Shown here in pieces: positions 27,516-37,280 of a stretch of 51,193 nucleotides of DNA. Where the stretch lies: the NCBI GenBank assembly GCA_964248555.1, contig CAXTZL010000001.1, positions 1-51,193 of the forward strand, written 5' to 3'. The number at the start of each line of letters is the position of its first letter. The stretch's first letter is position 1. The position numbers were made by a program, and so were the translations under genes. Below the pieces are notes generated by a model, which was not told where the DNA came from, ran no database searches, and saw nothing but the letters and a program-made list of their open reading frames with translations. This stretch comes from an uncultured Bryocella sp. (lineage in GTDB: Bacteria; Acidobacteriota; Terriglobia; Terriglobales; Acidobacteriaceae).

Positions 27516-29726
27516 CTACCAAAGCACACGGTAAAGCCACCGTGGCACGGGGTAGCTGCGGCGATTCAGCACGTAGCCCAGCAGCGGCGCCGAGGTGACC
27601 GTCATCTGTGAGATCAGGTCCTCAATGTTCTGCTTGCGCGCTGCATTTGCGCCTATGATCGCAAGGTAGCCGTCAACACAGGGAGACAGCTCCGAAGCCA
27701 GCGTCGACACTTGAATACTTGGACAATCCAGAACGAGCAGATCGAATTGCCGCCGCAGCTCTTCCAGCGTCGGGCGCAGCCACTGAGAAAACTGTCCCTG
27801 TGCATCTCCGGGCGGCATAGCCTCCTGCGTTACAGGCGCATCTTCACCCGCCAGCCGCCAGTAACGTCGTTCCGGATCGAAAGTAGTCTCCAAAGGCATA
27901 GCTCCGGAGTGCCCTGGGCGATTGTTTTCGAAGCGATGCAGAAGGGTGAGCATGTCCAGCACCGCAACACGGCTGGAGGTTTGTCGCGCCGCCTCCGTGG
28001 CCAGGTGGCCGGCAAGGTAGCTCACACCTTCACGACGAAGCGACGACGTCAGCGCCACGCAACCGCCGCGAACTTCTTCACGCAGGCTTCTGCGGCCGTT
28101 CCTGCTGCCTGAATTCCAACCCTCCGCGGAGTGAACACTTACAACGGAGGTCAGCACCGGAGCTTCCACCTGCTCCTCCGCCTGCGCGTAGCTCGCCTGC
28201 CGTATTGCGAACAGAACACGTTGCATCTGCAAACGACTACCTTCACTCAGAGGCTCGGCTGGCTCTGTTTCAGCGAAGGTGGCCAGCGTGCGCATGCCGG
28301 TAAGCGACTCCAGTTGCCCGGGGCTGTGCACCTGCCCACCGGACAGATCTGCATACAGCGCAAACGCCGTACCCAGAAAGCATGCAAACACAAAGGCAAC
28401 CAACGTGTACAAAACGGGCTTCGGCCGCACCGGGTCGGGGGATGTCATGGGCGTCTCCAGCACCGCGACATTGAAAAGCTTTTCGCGGTCGAGTGCCTCG
28501 GAGATGCGCGCTTCGTCCCGGCGCTGCGCGTAAAGCATGTAATCGGACTGCGACTGCTGCACCCGGCGGCGAAGCTCCCCATAGGCAGAGGAAGCCTCCT
28601 CCAACTGGTTCAGACGCCCACGCGCTTCAGCAGCTTGCTGCTTCAGTGCGGTTGCCTGCGATTGGAGCCCGTGAATCTCCGCTCCCGAGGTCACCACCGC
28701 GACATTCAGCTGCTGCCACAGGGGATTGATGTCAGTTGCTTGTTCCTCTGCGGGATGCTGTCCCGCTTCCGTGATCGCCGCACGTATCGTTGCGATCTTC
28801 TCCGTGGTTTCAACGACCTGCCGATCGCTTGGAGGATAGCGCTTCAACAGCTCCGTACGATGATTCTCCAGATCCACCATCGACGTATTTAAACGTTCCT
28901 GGGAGTACTGGTTGGTGGTTGTGCGTTCCAGCGTGTTTGACCGGGTCGGCGTCTGGTTCAACTGTTGGCGTTGTGCTGCGGTGCGGCCACGCTGTGTGGC
29001 CAACTGCGCCTCCGTCTGGGAAAGCTGATCCTGCAGCGCCGCAATACGCTGCACCTGCAGCTTGGTCTGCTCGTCCAGATCGGCGATGCCGAACTTCACC
29101 TGAAACGCAGTCAGCGCCGCCTGGTCCTGATTCAGTTGCCCTTCCTTCGACTTTAGCTGCGCATTAAAGAAACCTGCGGCGCCTGAATTGCGCGATGTCC
29201 CTGCCCGGCCTTCAAAGTAAGCATCGATGACATGCTGTAGCTCGGTGTTCGCCATCTGTGGTGAATTGGCCAACAGCTTCACATCGATGATGTTGGTCTG
29301 GTGCACGGCTTCTACGGACAAGCGATGTTCCAGATTGCGCGCAGCCCTGTCGTCACGTTCATCACCCAGCGACAACGTCTGCTTCAACCCCAGGGCCCGG
29401 CGCGCGACCTCGTCGCTTTGCAACAGATCCACCTCGGTGTTGATCTCTGCAGGGCTCACATCCCCCTGCGAAACAAGCCGGTCCACGTTGCTCGTGCTGA
29501 GTTGCGCCGCAGTTCGAACATTCTGAACAACCAGCTTGGCCGTTGACTGGTATTTGCGATGCATCAACAGGCTCGCAAGCACCGTCAACCCAACAATCAG
29601 CAGCACCGTACCCAGCAGGAGGCGGCGCCGACGAAAAATCGCCTCGGTGACCACCTGGCGCAGCTTCGGCAGTGCAAAGCCAGGGGAGGTGGGGTTGGAT
29701 ACCGCAACGGACAAGGGCAAGGCCAA
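27516..29726 (-). CDS. Polysaccharide co-polymerase (GumC/Wzc-like) with degenerate tyrosine-kinase domain
   Basis: TM1, YQSTAKL, INTEVDLLQS, coiled coil, PVRPKP, TM2; cytoplasmic SSLRREGVS, VAVLD, LVLDCP, LLGYVLN. Confidence 0.85.
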   Translation of the reverse strand: MALPLSVAVSNPTSPGFALPKLRQVVTEAIFRRRRLLLGTVLLIVGLTVLASLLMHRKYQSTAKLVVQNVRTAAQLSTSNVDRLVSQGDVSPAEINTEVDLLQSDEVARRALGLKQTLSLGDERDDRAARNLEHRLSVEAVHQTNIIDVKLLANSPQMANTELQHVIDAYFEGRAGTSRNSGAAGFFNAQLKSKEGQLNQDQAALTAFQVKFGIADLDEQTKLQVQRIAALQDQLSQTEAQLATQRGRTAAQRQQLNQTPTRSNTLERTTTNQYSQERLNTSMVDLENHRTELLKRYPPSDRQVVETTEKIATIRAAITEAGQHPAEEQATDINPLWQQLNVAVVTSGAEIHGLQSQATALKQQAAEARGRLNQLEEASSAYGELRRRVQQSQSDYMLYAQRRDEARISEALDREKLFNVAVLETPMTSPDPVRPKPVLYTLVAFVFACFLGTAFALYADLSGGQVHSPGQLESLTGMRTLATFAETEPAEPLSEGSRLQMQRVLFAIRQASYAQAEEQVEAPVLTSVVSVHSAEGWNSGSRNGRRSLREEVRGGCVALTSSLRREGVSYLAGHLATEAARQTSSRVAVLDMLTLLHRFENNRPGHSGAMPLETTFDPERRYWRLAGEDAPVTQEAMPPGDAQGQFSQWLRPTLEELRRQFDLLVLDCPSIQVSTLASELSPCVDGYLAIIGANAARKQNIEDLISQMTVTSAPLLGYVLNRRSYPVPRWLYRVLW

Positions 29727-30045
29727 AGCTCACACACCGTGTTCAGGAGTTTTCTCAAACGTGTCACTTCGCCTGGGAAAGCGGCACACAATCCACACTG
29801 CCGCGTAGTGGACAGTAGCATGCAGAGCGGTGTCCCAGGGCTGTACACCGCTCACACGAAAGGCTGAGCGGGGAAGACGATCGTCACATTCACCCCACCA
29901 CCTGGAAGGGCGCACCTTAGATCCAGCGCGGAAGCTCCATCACTGAGATAAGCTCCCGCCGGTGTTCATTCTTCGATTAAAGAATCCGCCGCATCTGCCG
30001 ATAAGCAAAACACACCAGGCAGGCGAGAGGACGAGTGACGATCCC

Positions 30046-31569
30046 ATGCAAACCTTTGGCTCCACGGGCGAAACGTTCGAGCAATCCAGCACTCCTACCG
30101 CGCCCGCACCGGCGGCGCGCCGGGCACTGGCAACGCACGCGCGCCCAGCGCGCATGGCACAGCAGCTGTCGTCATCGGCTGTCCGCTTTCTGGACAGGAT
30201 CGCCATTCTTCTGGCGCTAACGTTGTACCTCTTTGACACGCCGCTCACCGCCGGCCAGACGTTAACCAATTACCTGGCTGCACGCGTAACGCTTCACAAC
30301 GTTCTTCTCGCCGTCGCGCTTCTGCTCGTCTGGCACGTGATGTGTTGGCTCACGGGCATGTATCAGGCCAACGTGAACTACCGCGTAGCCCTGCTGTTCT
30401 GGAAGGTACCGCTGATCACCCTGCTCTGCACCGTACTGAGCTTGCCGGTGTTGCGGTATACCGAATCTGCACACGGCAGCCTGCGTTCCGCCTCGCTCTT
30501 CTGGTTTTTTTCCTGCACGATTCTGTTGGTCGTTCGTGCAGGCGTGATGACCTATGAGGAGCAGATTCGCCCGGCCTTTCGCAAGCCCCGCACCGCTGTC
30601 ATCTGTGGTACCGGCCCACTCGCCCGCATGCAGGCCACCGATCTTCACCGTCACCCCAAATACCGCTATCAGCTGCTCGGCTTCGTCGACACCAATCCAC
30701 ACCACGGAATCGAGTTGATGGGACCGGTCCTTTGTGGCATTAGCGATCTGGAACAGCTGCTCATGCACCAACCGATCGATGAAGTCATCATCGGTCTGCC
30801 GCTCAAGAGTCACTTCGGCGAAGTGGAAAACATCGTCGCCATCTGCGGGCGTGCCGGCGTGCAGATGCAGTACTCCCTCGATCTCTTCAATACGGAGATT
30901 GCCAAAAGCAGAAAGGTCGATGCCGATCGCGGGCATCAAATGGTGCTCGAAATGGTGCACCACGATCAGCGGCTGCTACTGAAAAACTTGATCGATCGCA
31001 GCCTTGCCGCGCTCGGCCTCCTCCTTCTTTGGCCGCTGTTTGCGGTGATCGCCATCACAATGAAGATCACCGATCCGGGTCCGATCTTCTTCGTGCAACA
31101 ACGCTTCGGTTTGAACAAGCGGCGCTTCGGCATGATCAAGTTCCGCTCCATGGTGATCGATGCCGAAGCCCGACAGGCTGCGCTTGAACATATGAATGAA
31201 AACGCCGGACCTACTTTCAAAATCAAGCGCGATCCTCGTATCACACGGGTCGGCGCACTCCTGCGCAGCACCTCGCTCGATGAACTTCCGCAGCTGATCA
31301 ATGTGGTCAAAGGAGAGATGTCCCTTGTCGGCCCCCGTCCTCTGCCCACCCGGGATGTTGAGCGCTTCTCGGAGCCGTGGCTCATGCGCCGGTTCTCCGT
31401 CAAGCCGGGAATCACCGGCTTGTGGCAGGTCTCAGGGCGATCCAACACGGACTTCGACAACGCCATCAAACTTGATCTTCGCTACATCGACCGCTGGTCC
31501 ATGCTGATGGATATCAAAATCCTGCTACGCACCGTCGGTGCCGTCGTAAAACGGAGTGGAGCATACTGA
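30046..31569 (+). CDS. Priming polyprenyl-phosphate glycosylphosphotransferase (WcaJ/WbaP family)
   Basis: N-terminal TMs, Rossmann-like middle domain, KFRSM, DPRITRVG..LR.TSLDELPQL.NV.KGEMSLVGPRP, KPGITGLWQV. Start uncertain. Confidence 0.92.
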   Translation: MQTFGSTGETFEQSSTPTAPAPAARRALATHARPARMAQQLSSSAVRFLDRIAILLALTLYLFDTPLTAGQTLTNYLAARVTLHNVLLAVALLLVWHVMCWLTGMYQANVNYRVALLFWKVPLITLLCTVLSLPVLRYTESAHGSLRSASLFWFFSCTILLVVRAGVMTYEEQIRPAFRKPRTAVICGTGPLARMQATDLHRHPKYRYQLLGFVDTNPHHGIELMGPVLCGISDLEQLLMHQPIDEVIIGLPLKSHFGEVENIVAICGRAGVQMQYSLDLFNTEIAKSRKVDADRGHQMVLEMVHHDQRLLLKNLIDRSLAALGLLLLWPLFAVIAITMKITDPGPIFFVQQRFGLNKRRFGMIKFRSMVIDAEARQAALEHMNENAGPTFKIKRDPRITRVGALLRSTSLDELPQLINVVKGEMSLVGPRPLPTRDVERFSEPWLMRRFSVKPGITGLWQVSGRSNTDFDNAIKLDLRYIDRWSMLMDIKILLRTVGAVVKRSGAY

Positions 31570-31686
31570 ACCGCCGGGCCGTATAAGCCCGCTCAGCCCA
31601 ATGCTGCAGGGAAGCAGCTGTAACTCCAGCTCGAAAATGAGAGTTCCGGGAGCACACCCGGTCCTTGCAGACGACCCCACGCCCGT

Positions 31687-32985
31687 CTAGGTCGTCGCAC
31701 CCTGACGATACGACATCGCTGTCTCACGTCCATGCACCTTCACGCACCAGCGAGGGTCGGAGGTGATGACGCTGGGCAACTCTCCAGGGGCAACGGCACG
31801 ACGTACCAACTGCGGGGCGTTCCACGGCACATCCAGAAATGCTGCGCCCAGGCGAGAACCCGTCGGATCGCTTTGGACGTGTTGCGGAAACGTGGCGATC
31901 AACCCATTCTTCACAGGGCTGGGCCGGTCCGCAACGTCTTCCATGCCGAGCAGCTCGCGCAGCAGGCTGGCGCAAAGATCCAACCCCGGCCCAAGCGGCA
32001 GGTGCGCCAGCTGTGTCGGCCGCATGTTCATCTCGAGCAGATAGATCTCACCCGTAGTTCCGTCCAGCATGAAATCGAACCCACAAAAGCCGGAAATTCC
32101 CGTCGTCTCGGCGACCCGGCGCATGCCATCGAGCATGGCTGCATCGTCCACCACGCGCAGCTTGCTTGCGGGACCATTTGCATAGCCAACCTCTTCCACC
32201 TCCAGACAAACGGCCGCCAGCAGACGTCCCTTGACGCAGATGGCCATGCCGGTTCTCTCTCTGCCGAGCACGAAGCTCTGCGCCACCACGTCGCGCGAGG
32301 CGCCCCGCAGCCACAGGTGCAAATGGCCCCACTCCTTGCCCTTCCAGCCGCGCTTTACCGATTGCAGGAAATCAAGCGGCTGCTGCAATCGACGCCAGGT
32401 GCTGAGGAGACGATCCGCCCGCGTCACCTTGCGCACACCAAAGCCGCCCCACGTCGAGTCGGCTTTCAGCATCCACGGGCCGGGCATCTCCTGTGCAACG
32501 CGCTGCAGGTCTTCAGCCCCATGCAACGGCGCTGTAAGCGGGATTGCGACGCCGGCAGCCTCGGCGGCCGCCAGCAGTGCCATGCGCGATCGCGTCAGCG
32601 GCAGGCATTCCAGGTTGCCGAACGAGCAGCGGAGCAACCGCAACGTCGCATGGGCCTCGCCCGAGTCCATCGCCAGGGCCCATTGCGCCAACTCCTCCAC
32701 AAGAAGAAAGCTCAACTCATCGGCCAGCAGCAGCAGGTCAGGGCGGCTTGCGCCCAGGGCTCTGCGCAGTCCTGCCATCGGAAACATCGGCCAGTAGCTA
32801 TGGTGGGCCGCGATCGCAGCGGTCGCAAGGGCCGGATGCCCGGAAGGCGCCATCAACTCCACGCGGCATCCCAGCTCCGCCAGTGACATCGCCAGACGCC
32901 CGGTCGAGACCCAATGCGCAGTGGCGATTATGAGAATTCTTTTAGATTCAGGGCTCGCGGAAACGGGATTTCTGATGGTGGTCAT
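31687..32985 (-). CDS. ATP-grasp domain protein
   Basis: GVAIPLT, PWMLKADSTWGGFGV, VAQSFVLG, SGFCGFDFM, YLLEMNMR. Start inferred at 32985. Confidence 0.8.
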   Translation of the reverse strand: MTTIRNPVSASPESKRILIIATAHWVSTGRLAMSLAELGCRVELMAPSGHPALATAAIAAHHSYWPMFPMAGLRRALGASRPDLLLLADELSFLLVEELAQWALAMDSGEAHATLRLLRCSFGNLECLPLTRSRMALLAAAEAAGVAIPLTAPLHGAEDLQRVAQEMPGPWMLKADSTWGGFGVRKVTRADRLLSTWRRLQQPLDFLQSVKRGWKGKEWGHLHLWLRGASRDVVAQSFVLGRERTGMAICVKGRLLAAVCLEVEEVGYANGPASKLRVVDDAAMLDGMRRVAETTGISGFCGFDFMLDGTTGEIYLLEMNMRPTQLAHLPLGPGLDLCASLLRELLGMEDVADRPSPVKNGLIATFPQHVQSDPTGSRLGAAFLDVPWNAPQLVRRAVAPGELPSVITSDPRWCVKVHGRETAMSYRQGATT

Positions 32986-33137
32986 CGACTGCTCATCATG
33001 CGCCGTCCCAGCCGGTCGGTTGATACCACTTCGGGGTGACTGCTTGGACCTTGCAGGCAATTCCGCAAGGGGTACCGGAAGGGGTTCTATGGGGGTGCAG
33101 CCCCCAGGGCGCGGCAGAGAGCCGCAGGAGCGCCACC

Positions 33138-34421
33138 GTGTCATACACCCACAGGACCCCATCGCTTGTCGTCATCATCGGAGCCGGCCCCTACGGCCTT
33201 TCCCTAGCTGCTCATCTGCGCGCCAAAGGCGTCCCGTTCCGCATCTTCGGCCGCCCCATGCAGACCTGGGCCACCCAGATGCCCACTGACATGCGACTCA
33301 AGTCGGATGGCTTTGCCTCCAACCTCAGCACCGGCGCCAAACCCTACACGCTCGCCCAGTTCTGCGAAGAAACCGGCCGCCCCTACCACGACACAATGCT
33401 GCCCGTGCCGGTGGGGGACTTCATCGCATATGGCGAAGAATTCGCCCGCCGCTTTGTCCCGAACCTTGAGCCGGAAAACATCCGCTCGCTCCAATCCGTG
33501 GATGGGTACTACCGGGTCAGTACCGTAAACGGCGAGGAATTTCTAGCGCGCCGTGTCGTGGTCGCTACAGGACTCAGCCATTTCCACCACCTGCCCCAGG
33601 AGTTTCGCCACCTGCCCGCCAACCGGGTGACACACCCGTCACAACACACGAGCTTTGAGGAGTTTGCTGGGCGCGACGTCACCGTACTGGGCCGCGGCGC
33701 AAGCTCGCTGAACGCGGCCGTTCTGCTGCAGGAAGCCGGCGCGAAGGTCACTGTCATCAGCCGCGCCCGCAAAATCCACATCCATGAGCTCGCCGATCCA
33801 ACCACGCGTCCGCTGCCCCAGAAGGTGATGCATCCGTCCACGCCCCTCGGCACCAGCCTGCGTTCCTGGATGACCTGCAAGGCCCCGGACCTCTTTCACC
33901 TGTTGCCGCTCAGTCTTCGCCGCGCGCTCGTGTACAAACATCTTGGTCCGGCTGGCGGCGCCGCGCTTAAGGGACGCACCGAAGGCTTGCACGTGATGAT
34001 GAGCGCGCGCATCCATGCCGTCGAGACCGCGGACGGCTCCGGGGAGCGCCTGCGGCTCACCCTCACTGACTCCAGATCCAAGGTTCGTCAGCACCTCACA
34101 TCGCACCTGATTGCCGGAACGGGGTACCGTACCGATCTCAAGCGGCTCAAATTTCTTTCCATGAACATGCTGGAGCAGATTCGCACCGACGATCGCGGCG
34201 TTCCCCGCCTGTCACGCCGCTTCGAATCCTCAGTGAAAGGGCTACACTTCATCGGCGCCATCGCCGCCCCGGAGTTTGGTCCCCTCGTGCGCTTCGTGGC
34301 CGGTGCGGAGTTCGCCGCCGAGCGGGTCAGCACACACCTGCAACACGCCTGGCTGCGCGAGCGCCGCTCCGCCGAAGCTTCCGTTCCGCTGGGCAGCGCC
34401 ACGCGCGAACAGCTTTTCTAA
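33138..34421 (+). CDS. FAD/NAD(P)-dependent oxidoreductase (two-Rossmann, monooxygenase-like)
   Basis: IIGAGPYGLS, MRLKS, VVATG, VLGRGAS, AGTGY, FESSVKGLHFIG, FGPLVRFVAG; SD AGGAG before GTG 33138. Confidence 0.85.
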   Translation: MSYTHRTPSLVVIIGAGPYGLSLAAHLRAKGVPFRIFGRPMQTWATQMPTDMRLKSDGFASNLSTGAKPYTLAQFCEETGRPYHDTMLPVPVGDFIAYGEEFARRFVPNLEPENIRSLQSVDGYYRVSTVNGEEFLARRVVVATGLSHFHHLPQEFRHLPANRVTHPSQHTSFEEFAGRDVTVLGRGASSLNAAVLLQEAGAKVTVISRARKIHIHELADPTTRPLPQKVMHPSTPLGTSLRSWMTCKAPDLFHLLPLSLRRALVYKHLGPAGGAALKGRTEGLHVMMSARIHAVETADGSGERLRLTLTDSRSKVRQHLTSHLIAGTGYRTDLKRLKFLSMNMLEQIRTDDRGVPRLSRRFESSVKGLHFIGAIAAPEFGPLVRFVAGAEFAAERVSTHLQHAWLRERRSAEASVPLGSATREQLF

Positions 34422-34473
34422 GCTTGAAGACGACCAGCCGGCGGTGCAAGCCTCTCCTGCACCGCCAGCGGTT

Positions 34474-36293
34474 TCAGAAGCCCGGCGGCCGGCTGCCACG
34501 AACACCCAGCGCCTTTTCCATCGACATGCCGGCCTCCACGATGGTTCCCTCATCGAACAATCGGCCCACCAGCGAGATACCGTAAGGCACACGCCGCTTC
34601 GGATTGAACTTCGCGAGCGGTCGTTGCGGGTCCGGCGCCCAGTCGCTGCGCGCCGCGCCAATCTCCACAAAACCCGCACGCATTGTCAGCGACGGGTGTC
34701 CGGTAAAGTTGGTGATCACCAGAAACTCGCCTCGCAACGAAGGCACCAGCAGCAGATCCACCTCGCTCATCACGCGTCGCATCTCGAGAGCCACCATGCG
34801 CCGCATCCTGTCTGCCTGCACGAAATCCACCGCACTCAGGAACCGCGACTGGCGGAACGTATTCGGCCACGCATCCGGCACCTGCATCTTCAGGGTGTCA
34901 ATCTGGTGATCCAGCGTAATCTGCTCAAAAGCAGCAGCCGACTCGGCGAAGAGGATGATATTGAGCGAATCGTAAGGCCAGTCCGGCAGCGAAACCTCGA
35001 CCGCCTCCATCCCCAGCTCGCGTGCAACCGCCAGCGCATGGCGATCCACCTCCGTCGCCGGTGCCTCGTTCATCCATTTCGGGAAATAGCCCACCTTCAA
35101 CCCGGCAACCTTCGCCTTTCCATCGAAGGCCAGTGGCCGTGAAACGCTCGCCGTGTCGCCTGGATCGTAGCCGGAGATCGCGTTCAGCACCAGAATCGTA
35201 TCTTCAACGCCGCGCGCCATCGGCCCCAGCTTGTCGCACGTCCAGCTCAGCGTCATGGCGCCGGTCCGCGGCACGCGCCCAAAGGTCGGACGCAGCCCCT
35301 CCACACCGCAACGCATGGAGGGCGACACGATCGAGCCCTGCGTCTCCGAGCCGACCGCAAAGCCGACCAGCCCCGCTGCCACGGCCGCTCCCGGACCCGC
35401 ACTGGACCCCGAAGACCCCTCCTCCAGCACCCACGGATTCTTCGTCTCCCCGCCGAACCACACATCATTGAGCGCCAGCGCGCCCAGGCTCAGCTTCGCC
35501 ACCAGCACCGCACCGGCCTCGTTCAGCATGCGGGTTACGGCAGCATCTTTCTCCGGCACGCGATCATGAAACGGCTCCGCCCCCCAGGTTGTACGAATAC
35601 CGGCGGTGTCCAGCAGATCCTTCGCTCCCCACGGGATCCCGTGCAGCGGCCCACGGTAGTGCCCGGCAGCTATCTCGGCATCCGCCTTGCGCGCCTGCCC
35701 AAGCGCATGGTCCTCAGTCAGTGTGATCACACAGGGCAAAGTCGGGTTGAACCGCTTCAGGCGTTCGAGATAAATCCGCGTCAACCGCTCGGAGGTCAGC
35801 TTCCGCGTTCGGATCCATGCCCCAAGCTCCGCCACGGTGCTGAAGGCAATATCCGCATCGCTGCCGGGCAAGGGGCCGGGCTCCGGCAAACCGGCCGCAA
35901 ACACCGCCGTCCGCGACGGCACCGGCTCCCCAATGGGCGTCATCTCCGGGTTCCATACCGTGGCCGGTGGCACCTCGTAGCCCGGCTCCAGCTTGCGCGG
36001 CCCCACGCGCCGCTCATACACCGGAGCCATCGCCTGCGACCAGTTCCCTGCCGCCTCGGCCAGGTGTGCCTCGCTGTTTTCCACCCGGACCAGCTTTTCA
36101 GCCTCGCGAAACGTCCCTACCGAAACCGCCGGACCCACCGGCGGCGCGGTGCCAAAGGCCGGGGGTGCGCCCGGCGTCTGGGGTGTCTGCTTCCGTGTCG
36201 CTGCTGCCGAATCTCGCCCGTCATCGCCACTCCCACGGCGCCCACCATGCCCATGGTTCCCTTGGCCAAAAAGCCCCTGCGCGTCTCCTCCAC
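34474..36293 (-). CDS. Amidase-signature family enzyme; Tat signal peptide is in a different frame (apparent 1-nt frameshift near 36185-36215)
   Basis: GPLHGIPWGAKD, GSSGSSAG, GSETQGSIVSP, GLRPTFGRV; upstream alternative frame MEETRRGFLAKGTMGMVGAVGVAM with SD GGAGG. Confidence 0.85.
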
Positions 36294-36395
36294 TCAAACC
36301 CCTCCGTGCTTCGCCTGCCTCGTTCCTGCACAGTACAGCATGGCCGCAGGAGCATCGCGGCTCAGGGCTGCTACGCTGTGGGAGCAGGACGTTCC

Positions 36396-36701
36396 ATGCC
36401 GTTTGCCACCCTCACCCTCGAGCTCGCCATCGAGCACGCGCAGTCCCTCAAGGACCGCCGCCAGGCCGTGCGCTCCCTCAAGGACAAGCTCCGCCACGGC
36501 TTCAATATCTCGGTCGCGGAACTCGACGAGACGCCTGTCTGGAACCGGGCTACCCTCGGCATCGCCGCCATCTCGAGCTCGGGATCCTACCTCGCCGGAC
36601 AGCTGCGGGAGGTCGAGTCCGCCGCCCGCCGCATCGCCAACGGCCTGGGCTGCGAAATCCTGGACAGCTATATCGAGACAGACATCGTTTTACCGGAATA
36701 G
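36396..36701 (+). CDS. DUF503 (YlxP) family protein
   Basis: AQSLKDRRQAVRSLKDKLR..FNISVAE; usual position before rbfA. Confidence 0.88.
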   Translation: MPFATLTLELAIEHAQSLKDRRQAVRSLKDKLRHGFNISVAELDETPVWNRATLGIAAISSSGSYLAGQLREVESAARRIANGLGCEILDSYIETDIVLPE

Positions 36702-36818
36702 CCAGACGTCATTCTGCCGAATACCAGACGCCGGCGCACAATTGCCGTCCCGCCCTGCCACCTTATCGTCCGATCCGGCCCCGCGCGGACACGCGATGAT
36801 AAACTAGGGCGTTAAACG

Positions 36819-37271
36819 ATGCCAGAACAACGAGCCCGACAAATTCATCGAGACCGCGTCTCCAGCACCTTTGGAGAAGAGATCACCGCCATGCTGGAAG
36901 GTGAGCTCGCCGACCCGCGCATCTCCCCCAGCTATGTGACCGAGGTGATCCTCGCCCCCGGCGGCAAGAGCTGCCGCGTCTTGGTCGCCGTTCACGGCGG
37001 AGAAAAGGCCGAGGAGGAGACCCTTGCCGGCCTGATCGCCGCCCGTGCCTACATCCGCACCGAGATCCGCGATCGTATGGGGGTACGCCACGTACCCGAG
37101 CTCACCTTCGCCATTGATCGCTCGGAGCGCATCGGGGCGCGCATGGACGACCTCCTCGGCCGCATGAGCAAGCGAAAAGCCAAGCTGGAGCGCAAAGTCC
37201 AGGCCGCCGAAGCCGCGAAGTCCGCGCCGGCCACAGCCGCGGGCCCTGCCGCAACGGAGGGTTTCCGCTGA
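36819..37271 (+). CDS. rbfA: 30S ribosome-binding factor A
   Basis: ELADPRI, VTEVIL, ARAYIR, RHVPELTF..DRS. Confidence 0.92.
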   Translation: MPEQRARQIHRDRVSSTFGEEITAMLEGELADPRISPSYVTEVILAPGGKSCRVLVAVHGGEKAEEETLAGLIAARAYIRTEIRDRMGVRHVPELTFAIDRSERIGARMDDLLGRMSKRKAKLERKVQAAEAAKSAPATAAGPAATEGFR

Positions 37272-37280
37272 GGCGGTTCC

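Noticed and set aside
29845-29955. Possible c-di-GMP riboswitch in the EPS spacer (GAAA loop, GGGCGCACCTT)
   Set aside because: Lacks the GCAAA elements of class I and the AGUGCAACC-like pseudoknot partner of class II.
33085-33135. GGGGGTGCAGCCCCC hairpin as an IS200/IS605 end or REP
   Set aside because: Single short GC hairpin with no second copy or transposase in the window.
34474-36297. Amidase as gatA, or as part of purine catabolism
   Set aside because: No gatB/gatC nearby, it has a Tat-type leader, and it lies 25 kb from the purine cluster.
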